From an uncultured virus (IMG/VR IMGVR_UViG_3300009873_000028) (Duplodnaviria > Heunggongvirae > Uroviricota > Caudoviricetes), in IMG/VR virus record IMGVR_UViG_3300009873_000028: 64,000 nt of DNA; one strand, written 5' to 3'. The notes beneath the pieces were generated by a model. It was not told the origin of the DNA, did no database searches, and saw only the letters and a program-made list of their open reading frames with translations. The first letter of the stretch is position 1; each line of letters begins with the position of its first letter. Below are positions 33,098 to 42,400 of this stretch, in pieces. Both the position numbers and the translations under genes were made by a program.

Positions 33098-33741
33098 AAC
33101 AAGACAAGACTTGCTTAGTTCTAGGGGCCGGGCGCTCGGCCACCCAAAGGGTGGCCGTTGAGCCTTCTCAGGCGAATGTGCCCTTCACCGAGAACTTCAA
33201 ACAAGTAGACACCCTAGATATACGCAGGATCCCAAGGCCAACCTGGCTTGGTGATTTCACGGTTGAGCTTGCCTTTTGGGAACATGGGTTTGGACTAATG
33301 CCTCCCCCACTAGGGGAGTATGCTGAGATCCATGCGTATGAGTGCCTGCATTTGATGGGCTCTGGAGCACGTTCTTTCTTCACCATCTGGCGGAACGCTT
33401 GGGATCTGCTAAAACCAAGGGGACTAGTGGTAGCCACCGTTCCATCGCCCAAAGGGATTTGGGTCTGGCAAGACCCAGGCACCACCCAGGTTTACTCGGT
33501 GGAGAAGCTCTGGTACCTAGACCAAGCCATGTACGAGAAAGTCCCCGGCATGACAGACTACCGCGAAGACCTTTGGCCCAAGCCTTACAGCTTCAAGCTT
33601 GTGCATCAGCAGGACAACGGGCACGGACTAACCTTCGTGCTGGAAAAGGAAAGAGATGAAAGTCAAGACGAGGGTGGGGGAGCTGGAAGTCCCGAGCAGG
33701 GTGAATTCCCGAACGCGCTACTGGGCGGAGGCGCTGCATGA
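33094..33741 (+). CDS. Class I SAM-dependent methyltransferase-like protein
   Basis: VLGAG, TLDI, ECLH, LKPRG..TVP, WQDP. Confidence 0.7.
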   Translation: MKQDKTCLVLGAGRSATQRVAVEPSQANVPFTENFKQVDTLDIRRIPRPTWLGDFTVELAFWEHGFGLMPPPLGEYAEIHAYECLHLMGSGARSFFTIWRNAWDLLKPRGLVVATVPSPKGIWVWQDPGTTQVYSVEKLWYLDQAMYEKVPGMTDYREDLWPKPYSFKLVHQQDNGHGLTFVLEKERDESQDEGGGAGSPEQGEFPNALLGGGAA

Positions 33742-33994
33742 CCTTGCTAGAATCGAAGAGGTCTTCGGGGTGCTCCAAGCTGCGCTAGACGAAGCTTACG
33801 CCGCAGGGAAGGGCGAGGCGGTATATCACTTCATGCAAGGTTGGACCCAGAAGCTAGCCCCGGAGGTAGTCGATGTCGAATGGACGGAAGTCAAGGAGTC
33901 TGCACAGGGAAGTGTGGAAGCGGAGCCTGAAGGGTCCGCAGGACCCGAGCCTGCTCAGCCAGCTCCAGTTAGCCAAGCGGACGGATCCGCTTAA
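33656..33994 (+). CDS. Hypothetical protein
   Basis: AAGGA RBS. Confidence 0.6.
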   Translation: MKVKTRVGELEVPSRVNSRTRYWAEALHDLARIEEVFGVLQAALDEAYAAGKGEAVYHFMQGWTQKLAPEVVDVEWTEVKESAQGSVEAEPEGSAGPEPAQPAPVSQADGSA

Positions 33995-34097
33995 CACACC
34001 CTGGCTGGTGGAGGCTTTGCTGGAGGCGCAGAGGAAAGCACCTAACGCTTCCCCTGCTACCCAGAGAAAGTGGAGGAAGGTGCTTGGCCTCGGTTAA
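33873..34097 (+). CDS. Small basic protein overlapping the upstream gene
   Basis: GGAGG RBS; fills the gap to the next gene. Confidence 0.55.
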   Translation: MSNGRKSRSLHREVWKRSLKGPQDPSLLSQLQLAKRTDPLNTPWLVEALLEAQRKAPNASPATQRKWRKVLGLG

Positions 34098-34812
34098 AGC
34101 CTTCAGCGTAGTTAGCGGCGTTGAGCACCCCGGAGCGCGCCGTCTGGCGCGCTCCGCAAAGTTCTGGGGCTGGGACCACTCCTTTGTCATCAAGCAGGAT
34201 CAGCCAGACCTAAAGCCCCCCTACAAGGTGTGGTGGCCTAGCTACCGCGCTGAGCAGCTGGGGCAACTCGAGTTCCTCCAAGCCAACCCAGAAGCTGAGT
34301 TCGTGCTCTACCTTGATGGGTGGGACACGGTGTTCACTGGCCCGCCGCAAGAGCTACCGCTCTTGCGGGGCCACCTAGCTTTTGGTGGGGACCAAGTGCT
34401 CTACCCGGAGCATGGCTCTCAGCCAGAAGCAGCCTTTCCTCCTGTGGGGGAAAACGAGTTCCGCTTCACCAACGTAGGCACCGTGTGGGGGGACGCCGCA
34501 GTGCTTCGGGAGCTGGCAGCGGACTACTTGCAAAACTCCCCAGAGCAGATGGTAAACCAGCTTTACTTCAACAGACGCTACGCCTACGAAGTAGGCGTAG
34601 GTCGGCGCCGCCTCCACGTCGATACGAAAGCGCGCACTTCCCTCAACATCATGATGGTGCAGAAGCGCCACTTCGAGATGCGAGGGCCGCGGCCACACTA
34701 CCTCCCCACCGATACCTACCCTTTGATCATCCACACCCCGGGGCAGGGACATTCCCACAAGGAGAAGGCCATTCCGCTCCCTGAAGAGTTGGAGAAACTC
34801 TATGCAGAGTAG
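34084..34812 (+). CDS. PLOD-like glycosyltransferase domain protein, paralog 1
   Basis: LDGWDTVF, FGGD..YP, FTNVGTVWG, NQ, IIHTPG. Confidence 0.7.
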   Translation: MASVKAFSVVSGVEHPGARRLARSAKFWGWDHSFVIKQDQPDLKPPYKVWWPSYRAEQLGQLEFLQANPEAEFVLYLDGWDTVFTGPPQELPLLRGHLAFGGDQVLYPEHGSQPEAAFPPVGENEFRFTNVGTVWGDAAVLRELAADYLQNSPEQMVNQLYFNRRYAYEVGVGRRRLHVDTKARTSLNIMMVQKRHFEMRGPRPHYLPTDTYPLIIHTPGQGHSHKEKAIPLPEELEKLYAE

Positions 34813-35437
34813 GATTCGTATTTTCACCATCACCTCAAGCCCGCCAGAGGATCCCAGGGTGCTTAGGCTAAAGAAGAGCGCGGCGAAGTACGAGATCCCG
34901 CTAGAGGTCATCACGCTGTACCACCCCCGCTCCTACGAAGAATTCATGAACCACAAGCACCGCTACATCGCAGGGGTGCTAGCCTACACGCACGCCCCCA
35001 GCTTCCTGTGCCTCGACGCTTGGGACACTGTATTCACCGGGATGGTTCCGCTGGAGGTGTTGAGCGAGGAAGCGCTGTGCTTTGGCGCAGAGAAGAACTG
35101 CTACCCAGATGAAAAGTTCGCGGGACTCTTTGACCAGGGGGATCCATTTCCGTACCTCAACGCTGGAGCTATCTGGGGAAGCGTTGACGAGTATCTCCGG
35201 CTTGTTCCAACCAGCGTAGAGAATGACCAGCTTGCATGGACTAAGCAATACCTCATCACCCCTGAGCGGATCCACCTCGACACCCACGCGAGGCATGTGC
35301 TGAACTTGCACTCTACAAATCCTGAGGATCTCTCGTACTTCCCGGATGGGGTGCGTTATAATCCCACCGGCACTTGGCCTTTCATCCTTCACGGGAATGG
35401 AAAGTGGCCCCTTCCTACCTGGGTGGAGCACGCATGA
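34802..35437 (+). CDS. PLOD-like glycosyltransferase domain protein, paralog 2
   Basis: LDAWDTVF, FGAEKNCYP, YLNAGAIWG, DQL, LHGNG. Confidence 0.8.
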   Translation: MQSRIRIFTITSSPPEDPRVLRLKKSAAKYEIPLEVITLYHPRSYEEFMNHKHRYIAGVLAYTHAPSFLCLDAWDTVFTGMVPLEVLSEEALCFGAEKNCYPDEKFAGLFDQGDPFPYLNAGAIWGSVDEYLRLVPTSVENDQLAWTKQYLITPERIHLDTHARHVLNLHSTNPEDLSYFPDGVRYNPTGTWPFILHGNGKWPLPTWVEHA

Positions 35438-36990
35438 ATGTCAAACCAAAGGAATGCTTCGGATGCCCACTCTTCCGCGAAGGCCTGGGCTTTGCGCGCA
35501 CAAGAGGTGAGGGACGAACTCGGGTCCTCGTGGTGGCAGAAGCTCTCGGAGAAGAAGAGGCAAGAGGAGGAAAGCCCCTTCTGGGCAGAGCAGGCCAGAC
35601 TTGGGACAGGATTGTCAGCCGAACAACAGATCCGAGCACAGGAGGTAAGTTCGACTCAAACCGTGATTTTCTCCACGCAAACGTACTCAACTGTCGGCCT
35701 CCCAACAACGTGCTCACAGGTGCGCCCTACGAACACGCCGCTATTGCCCATTGTTCCCCTTACCTGGAAGACACCATACGATCATTCAAACCCGGGGCAA
35801 TACTCACCCTTGGCAACACCCCACTTCGTCGCTTCACCGGAGCTTGGGGAATTGAGCAGCTCAGAGGCTACATCTTCGAAACCAAGTGGGGACCTGTGGT
35901 TCCCACCTACCACCCCAGCTACATCATGCGGGGAAAGTGGAACCTGGCCAGGATTGTTCAGCTGGATCTTCTTAGAGCCGTTGAGGTGGCTAGGGAGGGG
36001 GCTAAGAAGTTTCTTCATCCTAAAGCCTATCAGCTATCTCCCAGCTGGCACGAGGTACGGGCTTTTGTGGAGGGTTGGCGCAAAGCGGGACGCCCTCCGC
36101 TGGCATTCGACATAGAAACTCCGCACTCCGGAGAAGCCGCAGAAAACGAGGAGATGACCTTTGAAGACGACCCCAGCTACACCATCCTTATGGTCAGCCT
36201 AGCCTATGAGCCCTACCGAGCTATCTCCATCCCCTGGAGCGAACCTTATATTAGCCTTCTCACAGAGGTGTTTCGGGAAGCACCTATGTCTCTCGTGTGG
36301 AACGCAAAATTCGATGTACCTAGACTGGTGGCCAACGGGATCAGCTTTGGAGGTGAGATTGTTGATGTCATGCTCGCATGGCACTGGCTGGAGCCTTCAC
36401 TACCCATGGGACTTAAGTGGGTTGCAACCTTCTTCTGTCCAGACATGCACGCTTGGAAACTGGATATGGAGAAGAACTTTCAGTGGTACAATGCAGCAGA
36501 CTCCGATGTTCTGCTGCGCGTGTTTCGGGGAGTACAGCAGAGGCTAGAAGCACAGGGCAGGTGGAAGACCTTCCTCCGCCATTTTGTAGAGTTCGGGAAG
36601 ATCCTCCAGAAGATGTCCGAAAGGGGCGTGAGCATTGACCACTCAGCTAGGGCTGCAGCGAGAGAGCACTTCGGAAGGCGCTTTGAGGAAGCCTCGGCGT
36701 CCGCGGATGCCCTCGCTCCTTCGTCCATCAAGCCTCTCCATCCGAAGAGAGGCTACAAGAAGACGCCTAAGAGCACGGAAGGCCTCGTCGAGATCACGGT
36801 TGAGCTGACCCCCCAGGAAGAAGAGCAAGCGAGGAAGAGAGATGAACGCCTCAGAAAGAAACTCCAAGAAGCGCGAGAAAAGGCGGAGAGGAAGAGAGCT
36901 AGAGAAGAAGCTCGAGCAGCTAAGGCAGCAGCAAGAGCAGCAAGAGCAAGCAAGCCTCGAGTTAAGCGCAAACAGCAGGAGGCTAGCTAA
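35434..36990 (+). CDS. Split DNA polymerase A, N-terminal part: family-4 uracil-DNA glycosylase fused to 3'-5' exonuclease
   Basis: C..CPL, AEALG.EE, CRPPNN, TYHPS; FDIET, NAKFD, YNAADSD; MSERGV.ID. Confidence 0.85.
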   Translation: MNVKPKECFGCPLFREGLGFARTRGEGRTRVLVVAEALGEEEARGGKPLLGRAGQTWDRIVSRTTDPSTGGKFDSNRDFLHANVLNCRPPNNVLTGAPYEHAAIAHCSPYLEDTIRSFKPGAILTLGNTPLRRFTGAWGIEQLRGYIFETKWGPVVPTYHPSYIMRGKWNLARIVQLDLLRAVEVAREGAKKFLHPKAYQLSPSWHEVRAFVEGWRKAGRPPLAFDIETPHSGEAAENEEMTFEDDPSYTILMVSLAYEPYRAISIPWSEPYISLLTEVFREAPMSLVWNAKFDVPRLVANGISFGGEIVDVMLAWHWLEPSLPMGLKWVATFFCPDMHAWKLDMEKNFQWYNAADSDVLLRVFRGVQQRLEAQGRWKTFLRHFVEFGKILQKMSERGVSIDHSARAAAREHFGRRFEEASASADALAPSSIKPLHPKRGYKKTPKSTEGLVEITVELTPQEEEQARKRDERLRKKLQEAREKAERKRAREEARAAKAAARAARASKPRVKRKQQEAS

Positions 36991-37166
36991 TGGCTAACGC
37001 CTGCTCCCACAATCACCACTGCTGCCGTTGCTCCAAGGCGTACCTCTGCCAAAGCCCGGAGTGCATGACCCTTACTGGCTACCAGCTTCTCTGCGACAGG
37101 TGCGGATACCTCTACGGCTGGCGGCAGAGGCAAGACCGGGACCTCAACGATTGGAGTGCTCTGTGA
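36990..37166 (+). CDS. Small Cys/His-rich protein (not in ORF track)
   Basis: AGGAGG RBS, TAATG coupling; MANACSHNHHCCRC..CDRC. Confidence 0.6.
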   Translation: MANACSHNHHCCRCSKAYLCQSPECMTLTGYQLLCDRCGYLYGWRQRQDRDLNDWSAL

Positions 37167-37492
37167 AGGTAGCCATAGTCGGCTCAAGGAACTTTAGGAG
37201 CAAGGGGAATGTTGCAGATTTCGTCGGAAGCCTTCCAGGAGATGCGGTCATCGTGTCTGGAGGGGCGAGGGGTGTTGACTCCTGGGCAGTGGAGTCAGCT
37301 GGAAGTCGGCTTGTTGAGGTGTATCCTGCAGAGTGGGAGAAGTGGGGTCGTTCAGCTGGATTCCGACGTAACCAGACTATTGTGGATGCTAGTGACGAAG
37401 TGTATGCCTTCTGGGACGGCCTCTCGAAGGGTACCTTGGATAGCATACAGCGCGCTGCTAAGGCTGGGAAACTTAGAGGAATCTTCGTATGA
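37163..37492 (+). CDS. SLOG / DUF2493 (YspA-like) protein
   Basis: VAIVGSR, IVSGGARGVD, AGFRRN, AFWDG.SKGT; GTG start at 37163. Confidence 0.85.
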   Translation: MKVAIVGSRNFRSKGNVADFVGSLPGDAVIVSGGARGVDSWAVESAGSRLVEVYPAEWEKWGRSAGFRRNQTIVDASDEVYAFWDGLSKGTLDSIQRAAKAGKLRGIFV

Positions 37493-38652
37493 AGGAGACC
37501 AGGTGGGCACACCAACTCCCCTTCAACCCACTCAGCCCCCCGCAGGTACTAGCGTACCTGCAAAGCAAGGGCTACAAGATCCCGAAGGACCGCAAGACTA
37601 GGAAGCCTACTACCAATGACGATGCGCTCAACCAGATACTCCGGAATAACCAGGACCCGCTACTCGAACGGGTCCTCGAAAGCCGTGCCCTTGGAAAGGC
37701 CCTGGGATACCTCAAGGACACCTCAGTGGGAGCGGATGGAAAGTTCCATCCAATCTATACTTTTCGCCCTGAGACTGGGCGTCTTTCTTCTGTTCGTCCT
37801 AACATGCAGAATGTGCCTAACGGCGGGGTAGATGAAGAACTTGCCAAAGCCATTCGTTCCTGCGTGGTCCCATCTAGGCCTGGAAGAGTTCTGGTCGAAT
37901 GTGACTGGCGAGCCATGGAAGCCGTCCTCACCGGATGGTTCGCCGGAGACGACGAATACATCGCAGCTTCCAAGAAAGACTCCCACTCCTGGTACGCCGG
38001 ATACATCCTCCAAGACACAGGGGTGATCAAGGAAGTTCCATCCCCCCTCAACGACGACTTCATGTCTTTCGCCCACTGGGTGAAGAAAGAGCATCCCGCT
38101 GTGCGGCGGGATGCCAAGATGGTGAACCTCGCTACCGGCTACAACATGAGGTGGCCTTTGCTGGCTAGCACCATGCACTGGCCAGCGGAGAAGGCCAAGC
38201 GCTTCATCGCCCTGAAGGACGAGATGGCGCCGAAGCTCAAGGCGTGGAAAGAGCGCACTTGGATGGAGGCCCACAGGAAGGGCTACCTGGAGACTCCTTT
38301 CGGCTACCAGTGCTTCTTCTGGGACGTGCTGGTGCCGGATAAGAAGAAACCGGGGAACTTTCTCTTGGGGAAGGAAGCCAACGCGGCCCTAGCCTTTAGG
38401 CCCCAAAGCTCCGGTGCTGCGATGCTCCGGGAGCTTATGCTAGCCCTTGACCCATACGACGGAAGCCTCTTCGACTTCCTCGTGCCGATTCACGACGCGG
38501 TGTTGGTGGAGTGTGACGAGGCTGCAGCGCCAATGGTGGCCAAGGAAATCTGTTCGAGGATGAGTGTAGCTTGGCCAGAGCTGGGAAACCTGGTCATCGA
38601 AGCAGACTTTAAGGTGGGCGTAAACTGGGGTGAGATGGAAGGAGAAGACTAA
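37489..38652 (+). CDS. polA: Split DNA polymerase A, C-terminal polymerase part
   Basis: TGRLSS..PNMQN, motif A DWRAME, motif B RRDAKMVNLATGY, motif C IHD. Confidence 0.9.
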   Translation: MKETRWAHQLPFNPLSPPQVLAYLQSKGYKIPKDRKTRKPTTNDDALNQILRNNQDPLLERVLESRALGKALGYLKDTSVGADGKFHPIYTFRPETGRLSSVRPNMQNVPNGGVDEELAKAIRSCVVPSRPGRVLVECDWRAMEAVLTGWFAGDDEYIAASKKDSHSWYAGYILQDTGVIKEVPSPLNDDFMSFAHWVKKEHPAVRRDAKMVNLATGYNMRWPLLASTMHWPAEKAKRFIALKDEMAPKLKAWKERTWMEAHRKGYLETPFGYQCFFWDVLVPDKKKPGNFLLGKEANAALAFRPQSSGAAMLRELMLALDPYDGSLFDFLVPIHDAVLVECDEAAAPMVAKEICSRMSVAWPELGNLVIEADFKVGVNWGEMEGED

Positions 38653-38810
38653 TGGAAAGGCCTGAGCTGGCGAGATTCAACCTCTGGAAGGAAGCAGAAG
38701 CTTTAGCGAAGCTGGTGGAGCAGGACGGAGACCTCGACCGCAACGCGGTTATGCTGGCGCTCCATCGGGTGAACGAAGCTTATATTGACTGGCGCTACTA
38801 TTCAGAGTAA
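38652..38810 (+). CDS. Small hypothetical protein
   Basis: AAGGAG RBS, TAATG coupling. Confidence 0.55.
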   Translation: MERPELARFNLWKEAEALAKLVEQDGDLDRNAVMLALHRVNEAYIDWRYYSE

Positions 38811-38875
38811 ACTAAGTTCACTTATTTTGGGCCTCGGCCCCGTCACGCCAGGATGACGTAACAAGTCCTGGCTTT

Positions 38876-39427
38876 TTACTTTTCTGGCTTCCTAGGCACC
38901 GCCGAGTCCATAGCGCCCCTGTGCGCAGGCTTGGTCAAGTCTACCCCACGCTGCCAACCCCCCTCATTAGGCCTCACCGGAAAATCCTCCGAGTAGTCGT
39001 GTGGCTTTCCGCTGCCCTTCTGGAGCTGTTGGACGTTCACCTCATCCCCAGTGAGCCGGCGGCTTAGGGCCTTCAGCCGTGCTAGGGCTCCCTTGATAGA
39101 AGCAGTGGCGTTCCCTAGGCTAGCATCAGAGGTGCTTCCAGCGCGTGGGGGAGCGGTGGGAATTCCTAGGGCGTTGGTAAGCTTCGCAGCGCCTGTAAGC
39201 ACCGGGATCCCGGTCTTCTGCTCAGCCCACTTCATACCCTCGTACGGTGCTGCAAGCAGCGCCGTCGCGGGGGTGTCGTAGCTTTGGGCGAAGCGGTTTA
39301 GCTGCACACTCTCGGGGTTATTCCCCTGCTCACGCCGAGCAATCTCTGAGAGGGTGAAGGCTTCCCCTGGGTCATTTCCAGCTCTTTGCAAGAGCTGGCT
39401 GTATTGCATCTCTAGATCACTGGGCAT
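38876..39427 (-). CDS. Hypothetical protein at the end of the virion operon
   Basis: GAGGA RBS, 183 aa. Confidence 0.7.
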   Translation of the reverse strand: MPSDLEMQYSQLLQRAGNDPGEAFTLSEIARREQGNNPESVQLNRFAQSYDTPATALLAAPYEGMKWAEQKTGIPVLTGAAKLTNALGIPTAPPRAGSTSDASLGNATASIKGALARLKALSRRLTGDEVNVQQLQKGSGKPHDYSEDFPVRPNEGGWQRGVDLTKPAHRGAMDSAVPRKPEK

Positions 39428-39429
39428 CG

Positions 39430-42400
39430 CTATTCCTCATCTTCCCCTGGGAGCCTAGGCCTGCTGATCCGGCCTCCCATGAACTCTGACATCACTTCTT
39501 CGTTCTCTCTGTTAGAGCGCTCCACTTCCCCCGTCTTGAACTTCTTTCTGTACTCCCCACGCTTCCTCGTCGCCACGCCGAAGCGCTGGTTAAGCTGGTG
39601 CACCTTGGAGCGTAGGCGCGCGCGCTTGCGCTCCTCTGGAATCTTAGCGTAAGCTTGTGAGTTCACGAAGTCGTTCAGCAGCTTGGTGACTAGGGGCATG
39701 TACTCCTTCTGGAACTCCTCCAGCTCCGCAGGGGTCATGTTGTAGTAGTTGAGGCGGCCTGAGGAGTCGCGGCCGGGGAGAGGCACTGTGGTGCCTAGGT
39801 TAGGTCCTGCTACCCCCCTGAGCCTTAGCTCCTTCCGGTTTGCCCGCTCGCGCATCTTAACGTCCTCGTCTGTGCGCCAAGCCTTAGCACCCCGCGGTAG
39901 GTCTTCCTGGATACCATTCCCCATCAACATCATAGGTATGAGCCAGCTTACCTGTGGGTTCTCCTTCACCACAGCGTTCATGTCGCTAACGCTCATAGGC
40001 TCCACAAGGTTCCACGCAAGAGTGGTCGCTGCACTGACCGGAGCGTTCTTGAAGTCGATAGCCTGCCCTTCCAGGTTCCGCTGAGCAAGGGTGTCGATAA
40101 CCGCTCCGGCTCCCGGTCCTAGCTTGCTCCGCAGGAAGTTCCAGATAGTCCCTCCCACGTTCTTCTTTTCGATGATGCCGGTCTCCCGGTCCTTTTCCTC
40201 CCCGGAGATCACCTGGCGCCCAGCGCGTAGGAACTGGAACCACCCACCCCCACCGTCGTACACGATGTCCCCAACCTTGATCTTTCCAAAGTCGGTAGAA
40301 CGGGAGTCCAACTCAACTGTAGGCTCCTGACCCGTAAGGGCTGCGAGGGTGAGCACAAATCCGTTCACCGCGGATGCGCCGGCAACCGCCCGCATGAACT
40401 GCCTCCGTGCATAGCGCGTGAGTGCTGGGTTCTTGTAGCTCTTGAAGCCTCTTCCGCCGGTCAGGTCCCAGAGGTACTTTCCCCTGCTGAAGTTTAGCTG
40501 GCCTGAGTAGAAGATGTGGTTAACGAACTTGTTGATCTTCTCACCACCAGGGAGCTTAGCCCTGGACGCCGCCGTGTTGATGTGTTCAGCAAGCGTCTTG
40601 AACTCTTCCTTCTTGGTGATCTTGAAAGCCTGAGGATCCACGTCGTGGAGGTACTTCAGGTACTCCAACCCGAACTTGGTGGCATCCCTCATCCCCTTGT
40701 TGATGTAGTAGGCAAAGGAACGCTTCGACCCGTCAGCGAGCCACCTTAGTGCCCTAGCTGGAGGAACCTTCTTCTCCACCGCCGAGATCACCTTGTGGAG
40801 CTTGTCAAAGCCTACCCATGCTTCGTGCTGACCCGCACCCTCATAAATGTAGTTGACCCCCATCTTCTCGCCCATGCGGAACCAAGGGTCAGCTTTCAGC
40901 GCTGCGGTGGCGGCGTCAGCGTTCTTCTGGGTTCCGAAGACCTTCAAGCTATCCCACATGTTCTGTACAAAGCTGGCGTCAGCCTGGGGGTTGTAGCGCT
41001 TCCGGGTGAAGAGGTTAGCAATATCCTGGGCGATCTGGTCAGAGGTGAGCAGGAACATCTGCCGGAAAGCGGCGCTCACGTCAGCCATGGTCTTGAGGGG
41101 GCGCGTTACGTTGGCCCACTCACCAACGGTTTCCCAGGCCTGCCAACTTCCCCGTGCGCCAGTGCTCTCCTTGACCTGGTGAACCTTGTTCAGCTTCTTC
41201 TCCAGTGCGGCAACTTCTTCTGAGTAGAAGCCCCTTCCAACTTCCCGAGGCTCTTCAGAGAACAGGTCTAGTTGTCTTCCACGCCTTAGAGGTATGTTCT
41301 CTAGGGCTGGCTCTTGTGCTTGCATGCGCTTGATGTTCTTCTCGAACTCAGCCTTTAGCTTTTGGATTTCTGGGCTGTTCTCTAGGATGTTGTACGCTCG
41401 GTAGAACTTAGCTTCTTGGGCCGATGCACCTGCCCGCTTAATCATATTCGCTTTGGTGTGTGGGGATACAAGCGCTTCACTTACCTCCCCCACCTTTCCA
41501 CCAGGCAGTTCTAGGCTACTTCGCCTCTCATGCGGACCAGCAACATGATGGGCAAGTTCATGAATCACGTTGTCAACAACTGTTTCAGGCGAGTAGCGGA
41601 GATCAGCGTAGTTAAGAATCATGGCCCTACGCTGTGGTGCATAGCTAGTAGGTATGTGCTTGCCAAGTTGTATCTTTAGATTAGCCAACTCTGGTTGTGC
41701 CAACAGTCGTGCTGCTATCGGTTTGATTTTGTTTAGCGCGGCTGACGCCATATTAAACGTTCGGTCAATAATTCTACGTTCTGCCGGGTTCTTTAGAATG
41801 GCTGTGTCAGCGACTTCTCCTTCAGGACGCCAAGAATATCCGGCCTCCCGCGGAGCCTCCAGATCCCATGGATCTGGGGTAGAGTCGGCTACCGGCCCTT
41901 CCTTCTCCAGCTGGATGGCTATGCGCTCCATCAGGTCTTCGCCGCGGCCCGCTAGACTCTTCATCTTGTAACGTTCCCGCTGCTTAGCGCTTACGCCCCT
42001 ACCTACGCTCTCTTCGAACTTCCTTTGCTTAGTCCGAAGGTAGTCGATAGCAGGAAGCTCCTCGGTGGGCTTTAGCTTTCCTAGCGCAACCTGGGCCTTA
42101 ACCCAGTCCACCATTCCTGGGGTGCTAGTACCGCTGGTTTTTGCGTCCTTGGGCCGAACGCTTACAACGCCGCCGCCTCCTGGGGTGCGTGGGATAGTTT
42201 GCTTGTCGAGCCACTCTTGGGTTTCCTTAGGCAACAGGGCTTCTTCATAAGCCTTCCGCACGCGCGTTTGCGCGCGTGCGGTAACGCGACCTTCTGCGCC
42301 TTCAACCTGGATCTGTTCCCACTCAGCATCTAGCTTTCGCCGGAGCTGTTCCTTGAACTTACCCAGCTCTCCACGGTGGAGAACGTACTCTTCCTCAAAA

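Noticed and set aside
36990..37489. Intron or intein splitting PolA
   Set aside because: The gap is filled by coupled ORFs; no ribozyme core or intein terminal motifs
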